Shown here: positions 17,489-32,186 of the stretch, piece by piece
How the letters are laid out: each line of letters begins with the position of its first letter
How positions within the stretch are numbered: position 1 is the stretch's first letter
Translations under genes and position numbers: made by a program
Notes under the pieces: generated by a model
Databases searched by the model: none
What the model was told of the DNA's origin: nothing
Seen by the model: the letters and a program-made list of their open reading frames with translations, nothing else
Assembly: GCF_009914755.1 (NCBI RefSeq)
Contig: NC_060936.1
DNA: 64,000 nt
Direction: 5' to 3' (one strand)
Origin: the human T2T-CHM13v2.0 reference genome, Homo sapiens

Positions 17489-18221
17489 TCTGAAGATGTA
17501 TTCTCTTGCACCTCAAGTTCTCTCCTGCCCTTCTCTCTCCATGTCCTAATTCCTTCAGCTCTTCACTTGGTCACTCATTCACTCAACAAACGTTTGTCAA
17601 GCATTCGCCTCATGTCAGGCGGTAAAGCTCCAGGTGATAAAGATACAGAGATGCCCCCGCCACCTAGGCCCCACCTTTGTGAAACCCACAGCTGTGTAGA
17701 GGACAATTTCAGAGCCTCGCCTATCCCTGGGGATCGCTGCCCCATACCCACCGGCGTCTCCCTGCGCCTGGTGTCCCCGTCCCCTGGCCCCTCGAATTCT
17801 CCTGGTCTCCATGACCAGGAAGAGACCCCACCCCCCACTCTGGTTCCCTGTTTCTCAGCCCATAAGGAAGTTTCTTCCATGCAGTGGGGTCCACTCAGGG
17901 GGACCAGGGGCTTGCCTCAGGGGCCCCTCCCTGGCCCCTTTGTGGTCCTGCCATATTCTTCATCTCCTTCCAGAAGCTTCTTGCCGTTGTCTTTCGGGAC
18001 ACGGCTCTCCTCTTCTGACCTCTAAACTTGCCCTCTTTGCGATCTCAGCCATTTCTGGGGCTGACCTCCCATAGGGCTGGCCCTGGCTGCGTGGAGACTG
18101 AAGTGACTCCAAAGCTAATTTGCCTGGTGCCTCACTGAGCAAAAAGCCCTTCCTTCTAGAAGCTTTCTTTCGTCTTCCCAACGGTCCTCGGGGAGACTGA
18201 CTTACCGAAGATCAAATGTGG

Positions 18222-18592
18222 CAGGGGTTCTTACACATGAGTGTGCATCAGAATTCCCAGAGGGCCTGTGCAAACACAGATCCTGCCCCCGCCCCGACAG
18301 GCCTTGGTGGGGCCTGAGAATCTGTATCTCTAGCAAGTTCTCAGAGGTTGCTGATGTTGAAATAAGTGCTAGGTGAATGGCACTGCAAGGTAAACCTGGT
18401 CTTCCTAACTCCACCATGTCAGTGACACTAAGCTTGTTCCACTGGGCATCACGGGGGTGCTTGATCAGCCATGGACTTCCAGCTCCATCCCTGGAGATTC
18501 TAACTCAGTTGGCCTTGGGAGGGGCCCGGGGGACTGTGTTTCTCATCAGCTCCTTGGGTGATTCTTGACATCGGGCAAGTTTGGGAACTGCC
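18222..18592. mobile_element. Two MER5-family (hAT) relics
   Basis: tgcatcagaattccc...ggggcctgagaatctgtatctctagcaagttc; second copy gattctaactcagttggcc...gtgattcttga. Confidence 0.65.
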
Positions 18593-18845
18593 CAGTGTCA
18601 TTGCCAGGAGCATGCCAGGCCCCTCCACCTGGAAGTCGTCTGGTCCCCTAAGCTTCGGATTTCCAAGCCAAGCTCATGCTCTTGTTTCTTGAAGCCTTGC
18701 ATATCTTCCTCTGCCTGTGCCTCCCCATTCGCCCAGTTCCCTGGCTCCAGATCTCAGCCCCTGCTTCTCCCCGCCACACCACATGGGGTCAGTTGCCAAC
18801 ATGTATCCACAATCTTACCCAAGTACATCTCCCATCCACTTCCTC

Positions 18846-19136
18846 CTTTTTTTTTCAGACAGAGTCTCACTGTGTTGCCCAGCCTGGAGTGCAGTGGTGA
18901 AATCTCGGCTCACTGCAACCTCCACCTCTCGGGTTCAAGCAATTCTCTGTCTTAGCCTCCCGAGTAGCTGGGATTTCAGGTGCCCCCCACCATGCCCAGC
19001 TGATTTTTGTATTTTCAGTAGAGACGGGGTTTCACCATCTTGGCCAGGCTGGTCTTGAACTCCTGACCTCAGGTGATCCACCTGCCTCGGCCTCCCAAGC
19101 TGCTGGGATTACAGGCGTGATCCCGCCGTGCCCGGC
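18846..19136 (-). mobile_element. Alu (AluS) within an L2 fragment
   Basis: Antisense dimer; TSD cttcctccttttt. Confidence 0.9.
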
Positions 19137-20009
19137 CTTCCTCCTTTTTATTCTTGCTCTGTCGTCTTGGGTCAGGCCTTTATCAGTTATTGCTAGGACT
19201 AGTGCAGTAGCCTCTAACCAACTCTCTTCACTTCAGTACCACCCCCTCCAGTCCATTCTCTCTACTGTTGCCTCCCTTAACCCCCTGCATGCTGCACCCT
19301 GGGTGCAGGCCCAGCCCCAGCTCAAAGGGCACAAGGCCAGAGTGTGGCCCGACAGCCCAGGGAACAGCAGGTCCTCCACTGGAGACTAGTGTATGACCCA
19401 ATGCCCAGCAAGAGCAGGGTCTGGAAACGAAGGTGTGCTCCGCTCTGGGCTCTGAGTGGGGGCTTTCCTCCAAAGGTGGGACAGGGGCTTGGATTCTGTG
19501 AAAGGGGCCACACTCACTTCCTCAGAGCAGCCCAGAGCAGACATCCCCACCCTGACTCTGCAGTGGCGACCCCTGTGTTCCCAGCTCACTTGAAAACAAA
19601 ATAATTTTTATTTTAAGAAATACAGGACTGGTGTACTTGCATGGGGAGAGAGTGTGGATGCTCCTCAAGCTAGCGAGGAGGGCTCGGTGGCTCCTGAGAG
19701 GCTGGTACCTGCTGGTGGCTGTTTGGTCACCTGTGTGCTGCCCTGGGGTTTCCTGATGTCATAAACATGGGAGGGTGCTTTCTCATCCAGGCCTCCTGGG
19801 CTGGGTTCTGGATGATTCCGTAGGTGCTTTAGTCACAGTGTTGGGACACCAGACGCCGAAGACAGTCTCCTTGTAAACATGCCCGAGGGTCTGAATGACA
19901 TGGAGCATCAGACAGTCTTGGGAGACCCTCGGCCCCAGGGGACAGACTCAGAGCAAGCACCTCTTCACAGGTGACAAGCCGCACCATTTATGGCACCCTG
20001 GCCAAGCAT

Positions 20010-20230
20010 CAGACACTGTTCTGGGGCTTACACATATTGGAAATCAATTTGTCCCCACAGTGGCCCAAGGAGGCAGGCATGGAAAATGACACCCATTTTA
20101 GAGATAAGGAAACCGAGGACAGAACGGTTAGGTAACTTGCCCAACAACACACAGAGAGTAAGTCATAGATATGAGGTTCAAAACCAGGCAGTCTAGGAGC
20201 CCAGGCATGTAACCACTGCACTGTGTGGCC
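20010..20230 (-). mobile_element. MIR
   Basis: cccattttagagataaggaaaccgagg...aacttgcccaac. Confidence 0.75.
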
Positions 20231-21094
20231 TGTCTACCAGTAATACTGGAACTTTCCCACTGAAGAAGACACAGAGAACTGTACCCTCCTACACAGACAA
20301 ACAAACCTGCAAACACACACACTAATAAAATATTCCTACCTTAGGCAACCTACATCGCAGGGGCCCAGAGAGTTCGTTGCTGCTGTTTGCTTTCTCATTT
20401 CATTTTAAAATAGTTTAAAACTCACAGGAAGTCACAAAAATAGCAGAGTTCCCTTACCCCAGCTCCCGCCAGTGACAGCACCTTTCCTGCCCACTGCCCA
20501 TTGTCCAAATCAGGAAATTGACATGGCTCAATATTATTAACTGAAATACAGGTCTTATTTGGATTTCACCAAAGAGCCAAAAGAAGTGAAAGTGTGATTG
20601 AATAGCTCAGGCTGTTGGTTGGAACTCACCAAATGTTAGGAGCCAGAAGGATTTTAAGACGCACCGCCTCTGTGTCCATCCTCTTACAGAACATCGTGGT
20701 GAGGGTGGAGTGTTGGGAACACAGGTGAGACACGGTGCCTCTGAGGATCCTGGATTCCACTGCCGGGTGTGGAGGGACCATGCGGCCCTGAGGGTCTCAG
20801 GACATTGGGAACTTGCTCAGGATTTCAGTCCAGAACCTCCTGCTTCTCCGTCTGTCCATAGCATCCCAAAAGCCATGGAGTAAGAGTGGGGACCAGGAGG
20901 CGGGAAGTGGGGGTGGTCATTGGCTTTGCTGCAGGTGTGGGTCCAGCCGCTCGGGGCTTCCCCTGCTCCAGGTGGGAGGCTGCTGTGAACACACACAACA
21001 GCAGCGAGAAGGAGCTCCCCGAGAGAACAGTTGTGTCTTGGCGGTGTCCTCGAAAATAAATCTCGAAAGTGCTTTTCAAGAATGGAGGTGTCAT

Positions 21095-21850
21095 TTGCAC
21101 ACAGATCCATGAAATGCGCAGATTTTATGTGTACAACTTATGGGGATTTGAGAAAAGTATACGCCTGGGTAAATAACACCCTAATCGAGATTTAGAACCG
21201 TCCATCGTTGCCTGCCTCTTCTAAATCATCCCTCCAGGTGTAACCACTATGCGGACCTTTGTAGAATTTCCCATAAATAGAATCACAGCGGGTTCCCTTT
21301 TGTGTCTGGTTCCCTTCATCATCGTCGGACACGTGAGGCGCCCCACGCTGTTGGGTATATCAACACTCAGTTCATCATTACTGTTCACTGCACTTCTTAG
21401 TACAATTACACCACGGTATGTTTATCCACTCATCTGTTGATGGATATTTCGGCTGTTTCCAGGTTCAAGCTGTTGCAAAGAAAGCTTCTATGAGCATTCA
21501 TGCACAGATCTTTGTGTGGACATAGGTGTTCATTTCTCTCGAGTAAATTCGTCTAATGGATTCTCCTGGGGACAAGGCAAAGGTAAAAGCTAACCCTAAT
21601 TCTAACACTGACCCTAATCCTAACCCCAACCCTAACCCTGAGCCTAACCATACCACTAGCCCTACCCTTAACCCTACCCCTAACACTAACCTTAACCCCA
21701 ACCCTAATCCTAACCCCTAACCCTAATCCTAACCCCTAACCCTAACCCCAACCCCAACCCTAACCCTAACCCCAACTCTAACCCTAGCAAAAGTACGTTT
21801 AACTTTGATTAATAAAAAAGAGACTCCAGCCTTTTACTAACTAGGCTATG
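21095..21850 (-). mobile_element. L1M fragment split by the telomeric array
   Basis: tttatccactcatctgttgatggatatttcggctgtttccagg...tttgtgtggacatagg...; resumes after the array with gtacgtttaacttt. Confidence 0.75.
21590..21786 (-). repeat. Interstitial telomeric sequence, degenerate (CCCTAA)n on + / (TTAGGG)n on -
   Basis: ~30 hexamer-like units including perfect CCCTAA and variants CCCCAA, CCCTGA, TCCTAA. Confidence 0.9.
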
Positions 21851-22913
21851 ACAGAAACTCATAATTTAAAATAGCCTAGAAAGCATTTGTTTTTTGTCTT
21901 TAGGATGCAGGTTCTGATATTTTGGGGGTAGATTCATTACCCTATGTGACCAGTTATATTGGTTCTCAATCAATTGAGACCCACCTACCAGTTAAAGGTG
22001 AGGAGAAGATTTTCATGTGGGGAAAAGCTAACCTGGAATTTAAAATGTGTATTTATGGCCCAGAGATGGGAGAGCTAGAGAGTACCTAAAAGGTCACTGT
22101 GATGGATTAAGAGTCTCCTTGACTCAAATTCAAGTCTACCCTAAACCTCAGACTGTGACCATGTTTGGAAATAGAGTGTGCAGGTGTGATCAGTTAAGGT
22201 GAGGTTGTACTGGAGTAGGATGGGCCCTAAATCCAATTCTATTCTCATGGAGTTCCTGGGATTGTTGCTGTAGCCCAGCCCCTCTGGGCACCAGGGTCCC
22301 AGGAATGGTACAGGTGAAGCGCAGCCTATATAGCTTATCCCAGAGAAACAGAAATAATTTGTTCTAAATAGAATCTGACAAGCAAGAGCTCAGCTTTCCT
22401 TAAATCGTTACCCATCATATTGCTTCCTAAGACACTGGATTGAGTTTCCGAAGCCAAGTGGAGGCCCTGACAGTTGGGAAGTCAAGCTTCTGGGGATGGG
22501 ACAGGAGCCTCCTATGACCCCAGACGAGAGAAGAGTTGAAACCTGGCCTTTCCTAATGTGTTGGGCAAGACCAAGCTTTATTTTACCTGTTTCAGCAAAA
22601 ACTCTCATGAGAAAGTCCTGAAGGTCCTCCCAAGCCCCCATCTTAACTCAGGGTCCACATTTTCACCTTCATGGCAGGATGTTTCTCCTCTAAAGGAACT
22701 TCTAATACTTTTCCCCTTGTAAACATCTTCAGAGGGCCGCCCTAATTTGTGTATTATGTTGGTGCATGTCTTTGTTGATATTTCTTCCAATGGTGTGTCT
22801 GTGGCTCTGTCCTGCGGTGGAGGGTTAGTTCAGATCTCTTTGAGTCATCCAGTGATAATATCAATAGCAACAATGGCAAACACTTATGGAGAGCTTTCCT
22901 TGGTAATGGCTCC

Positions 22914-23282
22914 TGTATTAGTCCGTTCTCACATTGCTATAAAGACACTACCTGAGACTGGGTAGTGGTAATTTACAAAGCAAAGAGATTTGATTGACTC
23001 ACAGTTCTGCATGGCTGTGGAGGCCTCAGGATACTTACAATCATGGCGGGAGGTGAAGGGGAAGCAGGCACCTTCTTCACAAGGTGGCAGGAGAGAGGGA
23101 GGGGGAACTGCCAAACACTTTTAAACCATCAGATCTCATGAGAACTCACTCAGTATCACAAGAACAGTATGGAGGAAACTGTCCTCATGATCCAATCACA
23201 TTCTACCAGATCCCTCCCTTGACACATGGGGATTACAATTTTAGATGAGATTTGGGTGGGGACACAGAGCCAAACCATATCA
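22914..23282 (-). mobile_element. THE1/MSTA-type solo LTR
   Basis: TG...CA termini (tgtattagtccgttctcac ... gagccaaaccatatca) with 5-bp TSD GCTCC. Confidence 0.9.
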
Positions 23283-23354
23283 GCTCCCGTCATCCCCACT
23301 AATACCCTCCTCTCCCAAACCACCCCAGTCAATCTAACTAACAATAGTGGGCTT

Positions 23355-23830
23355 GCTATGGAACAGCCCCTGCAGATGTCCATGTTCTAATCCCAGACCC
23401 TGAGTCTATGTTACCTTCCATGGCAAAGGGGACACTGCGGATGGGAGTAAGCCAAGGATCCTCAGATGGGAAGATTCTCCTGGAGTATCTGGGGTGGCCC
23501 GATGTCATCACAAACATCCTTAGAAGTGACAGTGGGAGACAGGAGGGTCTGAGTCAGAGAGAGCCTGGGGAATGCCATGCTGCTGGCTTTGAAGACAGAG
23601 GAAGGGGCCAAGAGCCAAGGAACACAGGCAGCCTCTGGAAGCTGGAAAAGTCAAGGAATGGATGTTCCCCAAAAGCCTCCACCAGGAACACAGCCCCGCG
23701 GCGCCTGGATTTTAGGCCCATTTCCCACTTCTGACCTCCCGAATGATGAGAGAATAAATGTGTGGCTTAGCGGCTTTAAGCCACTACGTTTATGGGAATT
23801 TGGAACAGTAGCCACAGGAAGCTCATCCCT
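23355..23830 (+). mobile_element. MLT1D-like LTR
   Basis: atgttaccttccatggcaaagggg...ggctttgaagacagaggaaggggcca...ttaagccactacgtttatgg. Confidence 0.8.
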
Positions 23831-24379
23831 TATGCAAACCCAACTTGCAGATGAGTCCCTCGGTCCCTTTTCCTGACAGCTGCCCCTAACCCTCATCCAC
23901 ACAGATCCTAGACCCACCGCTCCTCCCATGTGTCAGGAATGTAACCGAGCGTTTCGATTCCTTCTCTTTTCATCTTCATACCTGTCTTAGGTATTTTAGT
24001 TATTGTTCCCATTGACAGATAAAGGAATTTGGCCCAGGAACTTTGACTCTCTCCAAAGAGGAAGCCACCTTTCTAGTCTCAGGTAGACTCCCTGAGTCAT
24101 GGCCACTGGGAATCTTTGGTCTGGGGGCCTGAGATCTGAAATCAAGGTGAGATCCCCAGACCTTGGAATGCATCTTTCTCCTCCAGCCCCATGCCCAGAA
24201 CGTGCTGAATTTCTCCTTCCAGATGCAGTGTGGCCCCAGCTAACCATGTTCCTCCCTTGGTTTCTCCATCTCATGTGCGCATGTCTGAATTCTAGCACCT
24301 ACACCAGGCTATACATCTTTCTGTACACACTCAGGCTTTACCACCAGAGTGTGAGGCTTTGGAGGGGGAAACACGCTTT

Positions 24380-25190
<811 letters not shown>

Positions 25191-25374
25191 CCATCCCAGC
25201 ACCAGTGTAAGCCCAGGCCCCTCACCACCTGGCAAATATTTAAGTAGATAAAGAAGTGCCCCAGCAAATAGAGCATTCACAACATGCAAAATTGTTAGCC
25301 TGAAAGGAGGGGAAGGCTACGAGAGACGGAGGTCTCTTTCTTTTCCTGCTTTTCCTGGTCCTTTTCACAGGACT

Positions 25375-26110
25375 TGCTAAGGTTGTTGGGACAAATCACC
25401 ATGACAAGGAGGCCTGAAGCAACAGAAGTTCATTGTCTCACAGTTCTGGAAGCCAGAGGCTGAAATTGAGGGGTCCACAGGGCCACACTCCCTCCGAAGT
25501 TCTCTACGGAATAATCTGTCCCGGGCCTCTAGCCCAGCTTCCGGTGGTTGCTGGCAATCTCTGCCGTTGCTTGGCTGGTAGCTGCGCCACTCCAATCTCT
25601 GCCTCTGTCTTCATGTGGTGTCCCTCGTGTGTCTGTATTCTCTCCTCTTCATCTTCTTCTTCTTCTTCCTTTTTTTTTTGACAGGATCTTGCTGTTTTGC
25701 CCAGGCTGGTGTGCAATGGTAGGATCTCTGCTCACTGCAACCTCTGCATCCCTGGACTCAAACGATCCTCCTGCCTCAGCCTCCCAAGTAGCTGGGACTA
25801 TAGGCATGTACCACCACACCTGGCTAATTTTTGTATTTTTTGTAGAGACAGGGTTGCACCACGTTGCCCAGGCTGGTCTCAAACTCCTGAACTCAAGTGA
25901 TCCACCTGCCTTGGGGTCCCAAAGTGCTGGGATTACACTCTCCTCTTCTTGTAAGGACAGTCCTTGATCAGGGCCCACCTAACCCAGTACGACCTCCTCT
26001 TCACTTCATCACATCTGCAAAAATCCTCTTTCCAAGTTAAGTCACATTCGTGGGTACCTGAAGCTAGGACTTGAGTATATCTTTAGGGGACACCATTTAA
26101 TCCACTCCAG
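25375..26110 (-). mobile_element. MLT1B/C LTR with a minus-strand Alu (25670-25936)
   Basis: caacagaagttcattgtctcacagttctggaagccag...ggggacaccatttaatccact. Confidence 0.8.
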
Positions 26111-26981
26111 AGCCCTTATTTGCCTGTCATTTGTCCCTGTGTGTGTTCCTGTGTATGTGTGCATGTGTGTGTGTGTATTAACTCACGGGAGTTCACCTCA
26201 CTGTCACGTCCTTCAGCACGTAATAGGGCTGTGTTTCTCAAACACCCCAGGCACAAAAGCTCACCCTCAAATGATGTATGTGCAGGCTGCCAGCAGCATC
26301 ACAAAACCGTGTATCTGAGTCTTCTCCCAGAATGAGCCTGGAACGAGACTCCCCGAGTCTGAGAGCCACGGCTCAGGGCTTTTTTTTGCTCATTTCCTTC
26401 CTGGGAGACACCAAGTCAACATGCTGGGGTGCCCTTGTCCTCGGGCAGGGCTGAGAGAATATCGTTCAAGAGCTCCAAATGTCTCACTCTCCCCACCAGC
26501 TCCACAAAAGGGGGATTCAGAGCTCCGGTGGGAAGCAGACAGGTGGAGCATGTAAGGGGCTGTCTGCTGAGAAGAATGTGGCAATTCATCCTGAGGATCC
26601 GTGAGCTGGCTGGGGCAGTGGAAATTGGGCCCGATCTGCAGAGTGGCCCAGAGGGGCAGGGAAGCTGGCATGGGTTACCCAGAGCCTCCAGGACATCATC
26701 CCCCTTGGGAGGAGGCAGACTAGCCTGGACCAGGGCTCACTGTAGAATAAAGTGAATGGTGTCCCAGGACTCAGCATCAGGGGCCTTTGCAGCCTGGTGT
26801 CCTACCTGCCCAGCGCTCAGCTGATGGGGAGGCTGGTAAGGCTGCAAATGGCGTTGGAGGGGGCCCACCTCACCCATTCCTGACGGATAGTGGAGATGAA
26901 AGGGTTAGCCCTTCTCAATTAAATAAAGAACCTCTTTGATCATTATTTTGAAGGATTCAGACACTGTTTTTCACCATGACT

Positions 26982-27708
<727 letters not shown>

Positions 27709-27847
27709 GAAGACAAAAAATTAAATCGGAACAAATCATTTTAATGTTCAGAATATTTGATTATTAATTTCTTGGGCAAAATCTTGCCCCAAAGTGATCT
27801 CAGGGAAGCTTCATCCTGTCCTGCAAGAAGCTTTCCCTAACACCTTT

Positions 27848-28240
27848 GTATCAGTTTTCCATTGCCACAATAATGCCACGTAATGGTCGTAAGACCTCAG
27901 TTCATTGCACACACTTATGGAATCAGTGAGGGGCCAGTTTAGTGGCTTGACTGTCTGGCTGGGCTCACTCATGTGTCTGGGGGCCAGCTGACTGTTGACT
28001 GATCTAGGCTGACCTCAGCAGGAGTGACAAGGACTAGCCTGGGCAAGTTCCCATGGTGATGACAGAGGCCCACAAGAGCAACAGGAAACCTGGAAGGCCC
28101 CTTGAGGCCTAGCTGGGAACTGCTACACCACCATATCTACCTCAGTTCTATTGGCCAAAGCAAGGCACATGGGTGGGCCCAGAGTCCGGATAAGAAAGTG
28201 CTGCAAGGTTCTAAAGCAGAGATCTTGGGTCTGGGACAGG
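27848..28240. mobile_element. MLT1F/G-like LTR
   Basis: tgtatcagttttccattgcc...gggctcactcatgtgtctgggg...ctattggccaaagcaagg. Confidence 0.65.
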
Positions 28241-29430
28241 GACAAAGATTCAGAGCCATTGTCATCACCTAACACAACTGCCTCTCCTCAAAGACCCCTG
28301 AGCTCCAGTGTGGCTCAGTGCTTCAGGACCCAGTGAATTCTATATTTTCTGAGACAGGTCACAACTTCTGGTCCACAAGCTCAGACATGCCGCTCTCCAA
28401 AATAAATTCATTTTTCTCTAACTCAATTTCTGTGCGAAGCCCCCAATCCACCTCTTGGCAGAACAGAACCTCAGCCAATATAGGGTCATTTTGTTAAAAT
28501 CAGAATGTTCTGGGGGCAGTTTATGGTATCTCCTTCCATTCCTTAGTGGGGTTGGGTTTGAGATCTACAAGGTCTTTGGGGATATTGAGCAGGGAAGCCC
28601 TCCGACATTTGCTGACATTTCCAAATTTCCTGTGTGGACTGGGTCGCTGGTCCCACAGTTTAAGGGGCCCCTTTCTTTCCTAGTCTTCACTTCAAGTCCT
28701 TGTACCTCAGGACTGCCAGGCCCTTCTGGGGGAGGGGAGGGCGGGTACTCCCCAGGGACCCTCAGATACTCTCACGCCAAACTCTGGGGCCACAGGGCAC
28801 CCATGGGAAAGAATACGGACCTACTGCCCCACTCCTCAGAGTGTTTCTGATCCTGTGCAAGCTGGTATGAGGAAACTTCTAGAAAACAAGGCTCTGGTCT
28901 TCTTGGTTCTCAAGTCCCGGGACCACCTCATCTCAGCATGGTGTTCCGAGCCTGAGATGGAGTACAGGAGGTGGGGAGCAGCCCCTCTCTGATGTCCTGG
29001 CTAATTGCCTCTGTGATCCCCTTCTCTGAGGAATTTCCATTCTCTCTTGGCAAGAGTAGAGAGAGGGCTGTATTGGCCCTGGGAATATCCAATCTCCCAT
29101 TTAGGCCCAAATCCCAACTTTTGATGCTCAAGAGACAAAAATTAATATCTTTTGTTCTTCTCTGTATTTCTGCTGGAACAACCCTTCCCTGAAGTTGTAC
29201 TAGCAGAAAACCAGGGAAAGGAGTTCATATTTCAAACTATGGCCGCATCATATTTCTATGAATGGTAGTACGGGACTGGGCCTTATCCATCACCCAGGGA
29301 GGCATCGTAAGTGGTGGGAAAACCTGGATCTGGATGACCTCAATTCCAGTCCTGGCTCAGCCACTTGCAAGCTTAACGTCTCTGAGCTTGCATCTACCCA
29401 AGCAGGCTTGCAGCAGATCTGAAAAATGCA

Positions 29431-30230
<800 letters not shown>

Positions 30231-30629
30231 GTGGCTGTGAAAGTCCTTGTGAATGGAAAGCGCTGGCAGAGGGGAGACATCACTCAGTCCAGCCACGCAC
30301 CACCAGTGCCAGAGGTGGAGCCCAAGCTCCAGCAGGAGAGACACCTGGGTTCTAATGTCACCTTCGCTGCTGGTGAGCACAGGAACCTCAGGCCTGTCAC
30401 CCCACCTCACTCAGCCTCTCTCCTCCTCTATAGAAATCATCCCTGCCCTCGGGCTGATGGCAAGGTTCAATGAGATGATGCGTGTGATGTGGTTAGCGTG
30501 GACCTTGTCCAGGGTGGGCCTGAAAACATTTAGTGGTAAAGACAAAGAAGAAAGGGCAGCCAAAGAGGAGTTACCTTGTTCCGAGTATGAGTGACCTCCA
30601 GTTATACAGAGATTGGCAGGTGCTAGGGA

Positions 30630-30712
30630 GGGATGGATGGATGGATGGATGGATGGGTGGATGGATGGACAAACAGATGGATGGATAGATAGATAGATGG
30701 GCGGACAAACAC

Positions 30713-30754
<42 letters not shown>

Positions 30755-30933
30755 TAGATAGATACATACATACATACATAGATGGTAGATAGATCAAGAT
30801 AGATAGATCAAGACAGATGATAGATCAAGAGATGATAGATCAAGATAGGCAGATGATAGATCAAGATAAATGATAGATACATAGATAGATCAAGATACAT
30901 GATAGATAAATAGCTAGCTAGATGGGATAGATA
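30630..30933 (+). repeat. (GGAT)n/(GATA)n compound tetranucleotide repeat
   Basis: ggatggat..., a pure (GATA)n run at ~30715-30752, then gatagatcaa variants. Confidence 0.95.
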
Positions 30934-30939
30934 CTTCAA

Positions 30940-31490
30940 GGTACTTGGATTAGAAATAGTTTCTTAGACATGTAGAATACAAGAATATCCGTTGCAGTTT
31001 TATTCATAACCCCAAACTGGAAATAAGCCAAATGACCACAAGCTAAAGAATGGACAAAGCATATGATGGTATATTCATACAAAAGAATATCATTCAGCAA
31101 GTAAAAGAACAAACTACCAACACACTCAGCAACACGGGTGGATTTCAAGAGTATTATGTTGGCCAAAAAAGAAGCTGGGCACAAAGAGCCCACGTTGTAA
31201 GGTGCATCTACAGTTGATCCAGTTATTCTACATCTTTGTTTAGGTGAAAAAGATGAAGCTTAGTTCGTCTTTAGGCACAAATCATCAGTGATGATGAAAG
31301 TCAACATAATGGATGCTCTGGGGGTCGCCACCTGGGAGGGGGAGCGAGGGAGCCCTTGGGGCGTGGGCGGTGTCCTGTGCTTTTACCTGGGTGGTGGTCA
31401 CGTAGGGGCATATTTGTAAAAACGTACCAAGCTACACCTTCACAGTGTGTGCCCTTTACCTGTGAAAATTGCACCCCAATAAGAATGAAG
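30940..31490 (+). mobile_element. Old L1M 3' fragment
   Basis: ttattcataaccccaaactggaaataagccaaatg. Confidence 0.65.
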
Positions 31491-31906
31491 AAGATAACAA
31501 GAAATGGTAGATTCTACACCCGGAGCCCACAGAGGGACTTAGTTAAGTGTTTGAGGAAGGAAGATAAAGGGGGTTGCCAGGTGTGGGTTCTGGTGTTACT
31601 GAGCCTCCCAGTGTCCTTTCCAGATCCTGGGAGCTGGCGAGCATCTCCAGGATCCTCAGGTTCGTCCCAGGAGGATAAGCAGCCTGTGAGTCGGTGCTGT
31701 CCCTGGCTAACGGCTTTCCTGGGCTGCCTCCACAACCCAGGACCTGCCACACACAAGCAAGGTAGGGAGGACAGCCTCTCCTGTACCCGAGCCCAGCAGG
31801 GAAGCCACACCCTCCCCGTCGGGCTTCTCCTGCTGTTGGCCCTGGGGACTTACCCAGCAGGGAAAGCCACCTCCTGCCCAAGCTGCCCCTACAGTCCCGA
31901 TCTCCG

Positions 31907-32186
31907 CCCCCTTCCTCCTCTTTCTCCTCCCCTTCTCCCCTTCTCCCCTCTCTCCTCCTCCTCTTCTTCCTCCACTTTTCCTTCCCTCATCCTCCTCTCC
32001 TTCCTCTTCCTCCTCCTTCTCCCCCTCTCCTTCCTTCTCCTCCTCCCCTTCCTCTTTCTCCTCCCCCTCTCCCCTCTCTCCTTTTCCTCTTCCTCCTCCT
32101 CCTCTTCCTCCTCTTCCTCCTCTTTTCCTTCCCTCTTCCTCCTCTTCTGCCTCCTCCTCTCCACCCCCCTCCTCCTCCTCTTCTTC
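31907..32186 (+). repeat. Polypyrimidine CCT/CT-rich low-complexity tract
   Basis: ~280 nt with only about four purines. Confidence 0.95.

Noticed and set aside
21560-21830. Captured telomerase RNA (TERC) fragment flanking the telomeric array
   Set aside because: I see no match to TERC sequence beyond the repeat itself; the flanks are L1-derived.
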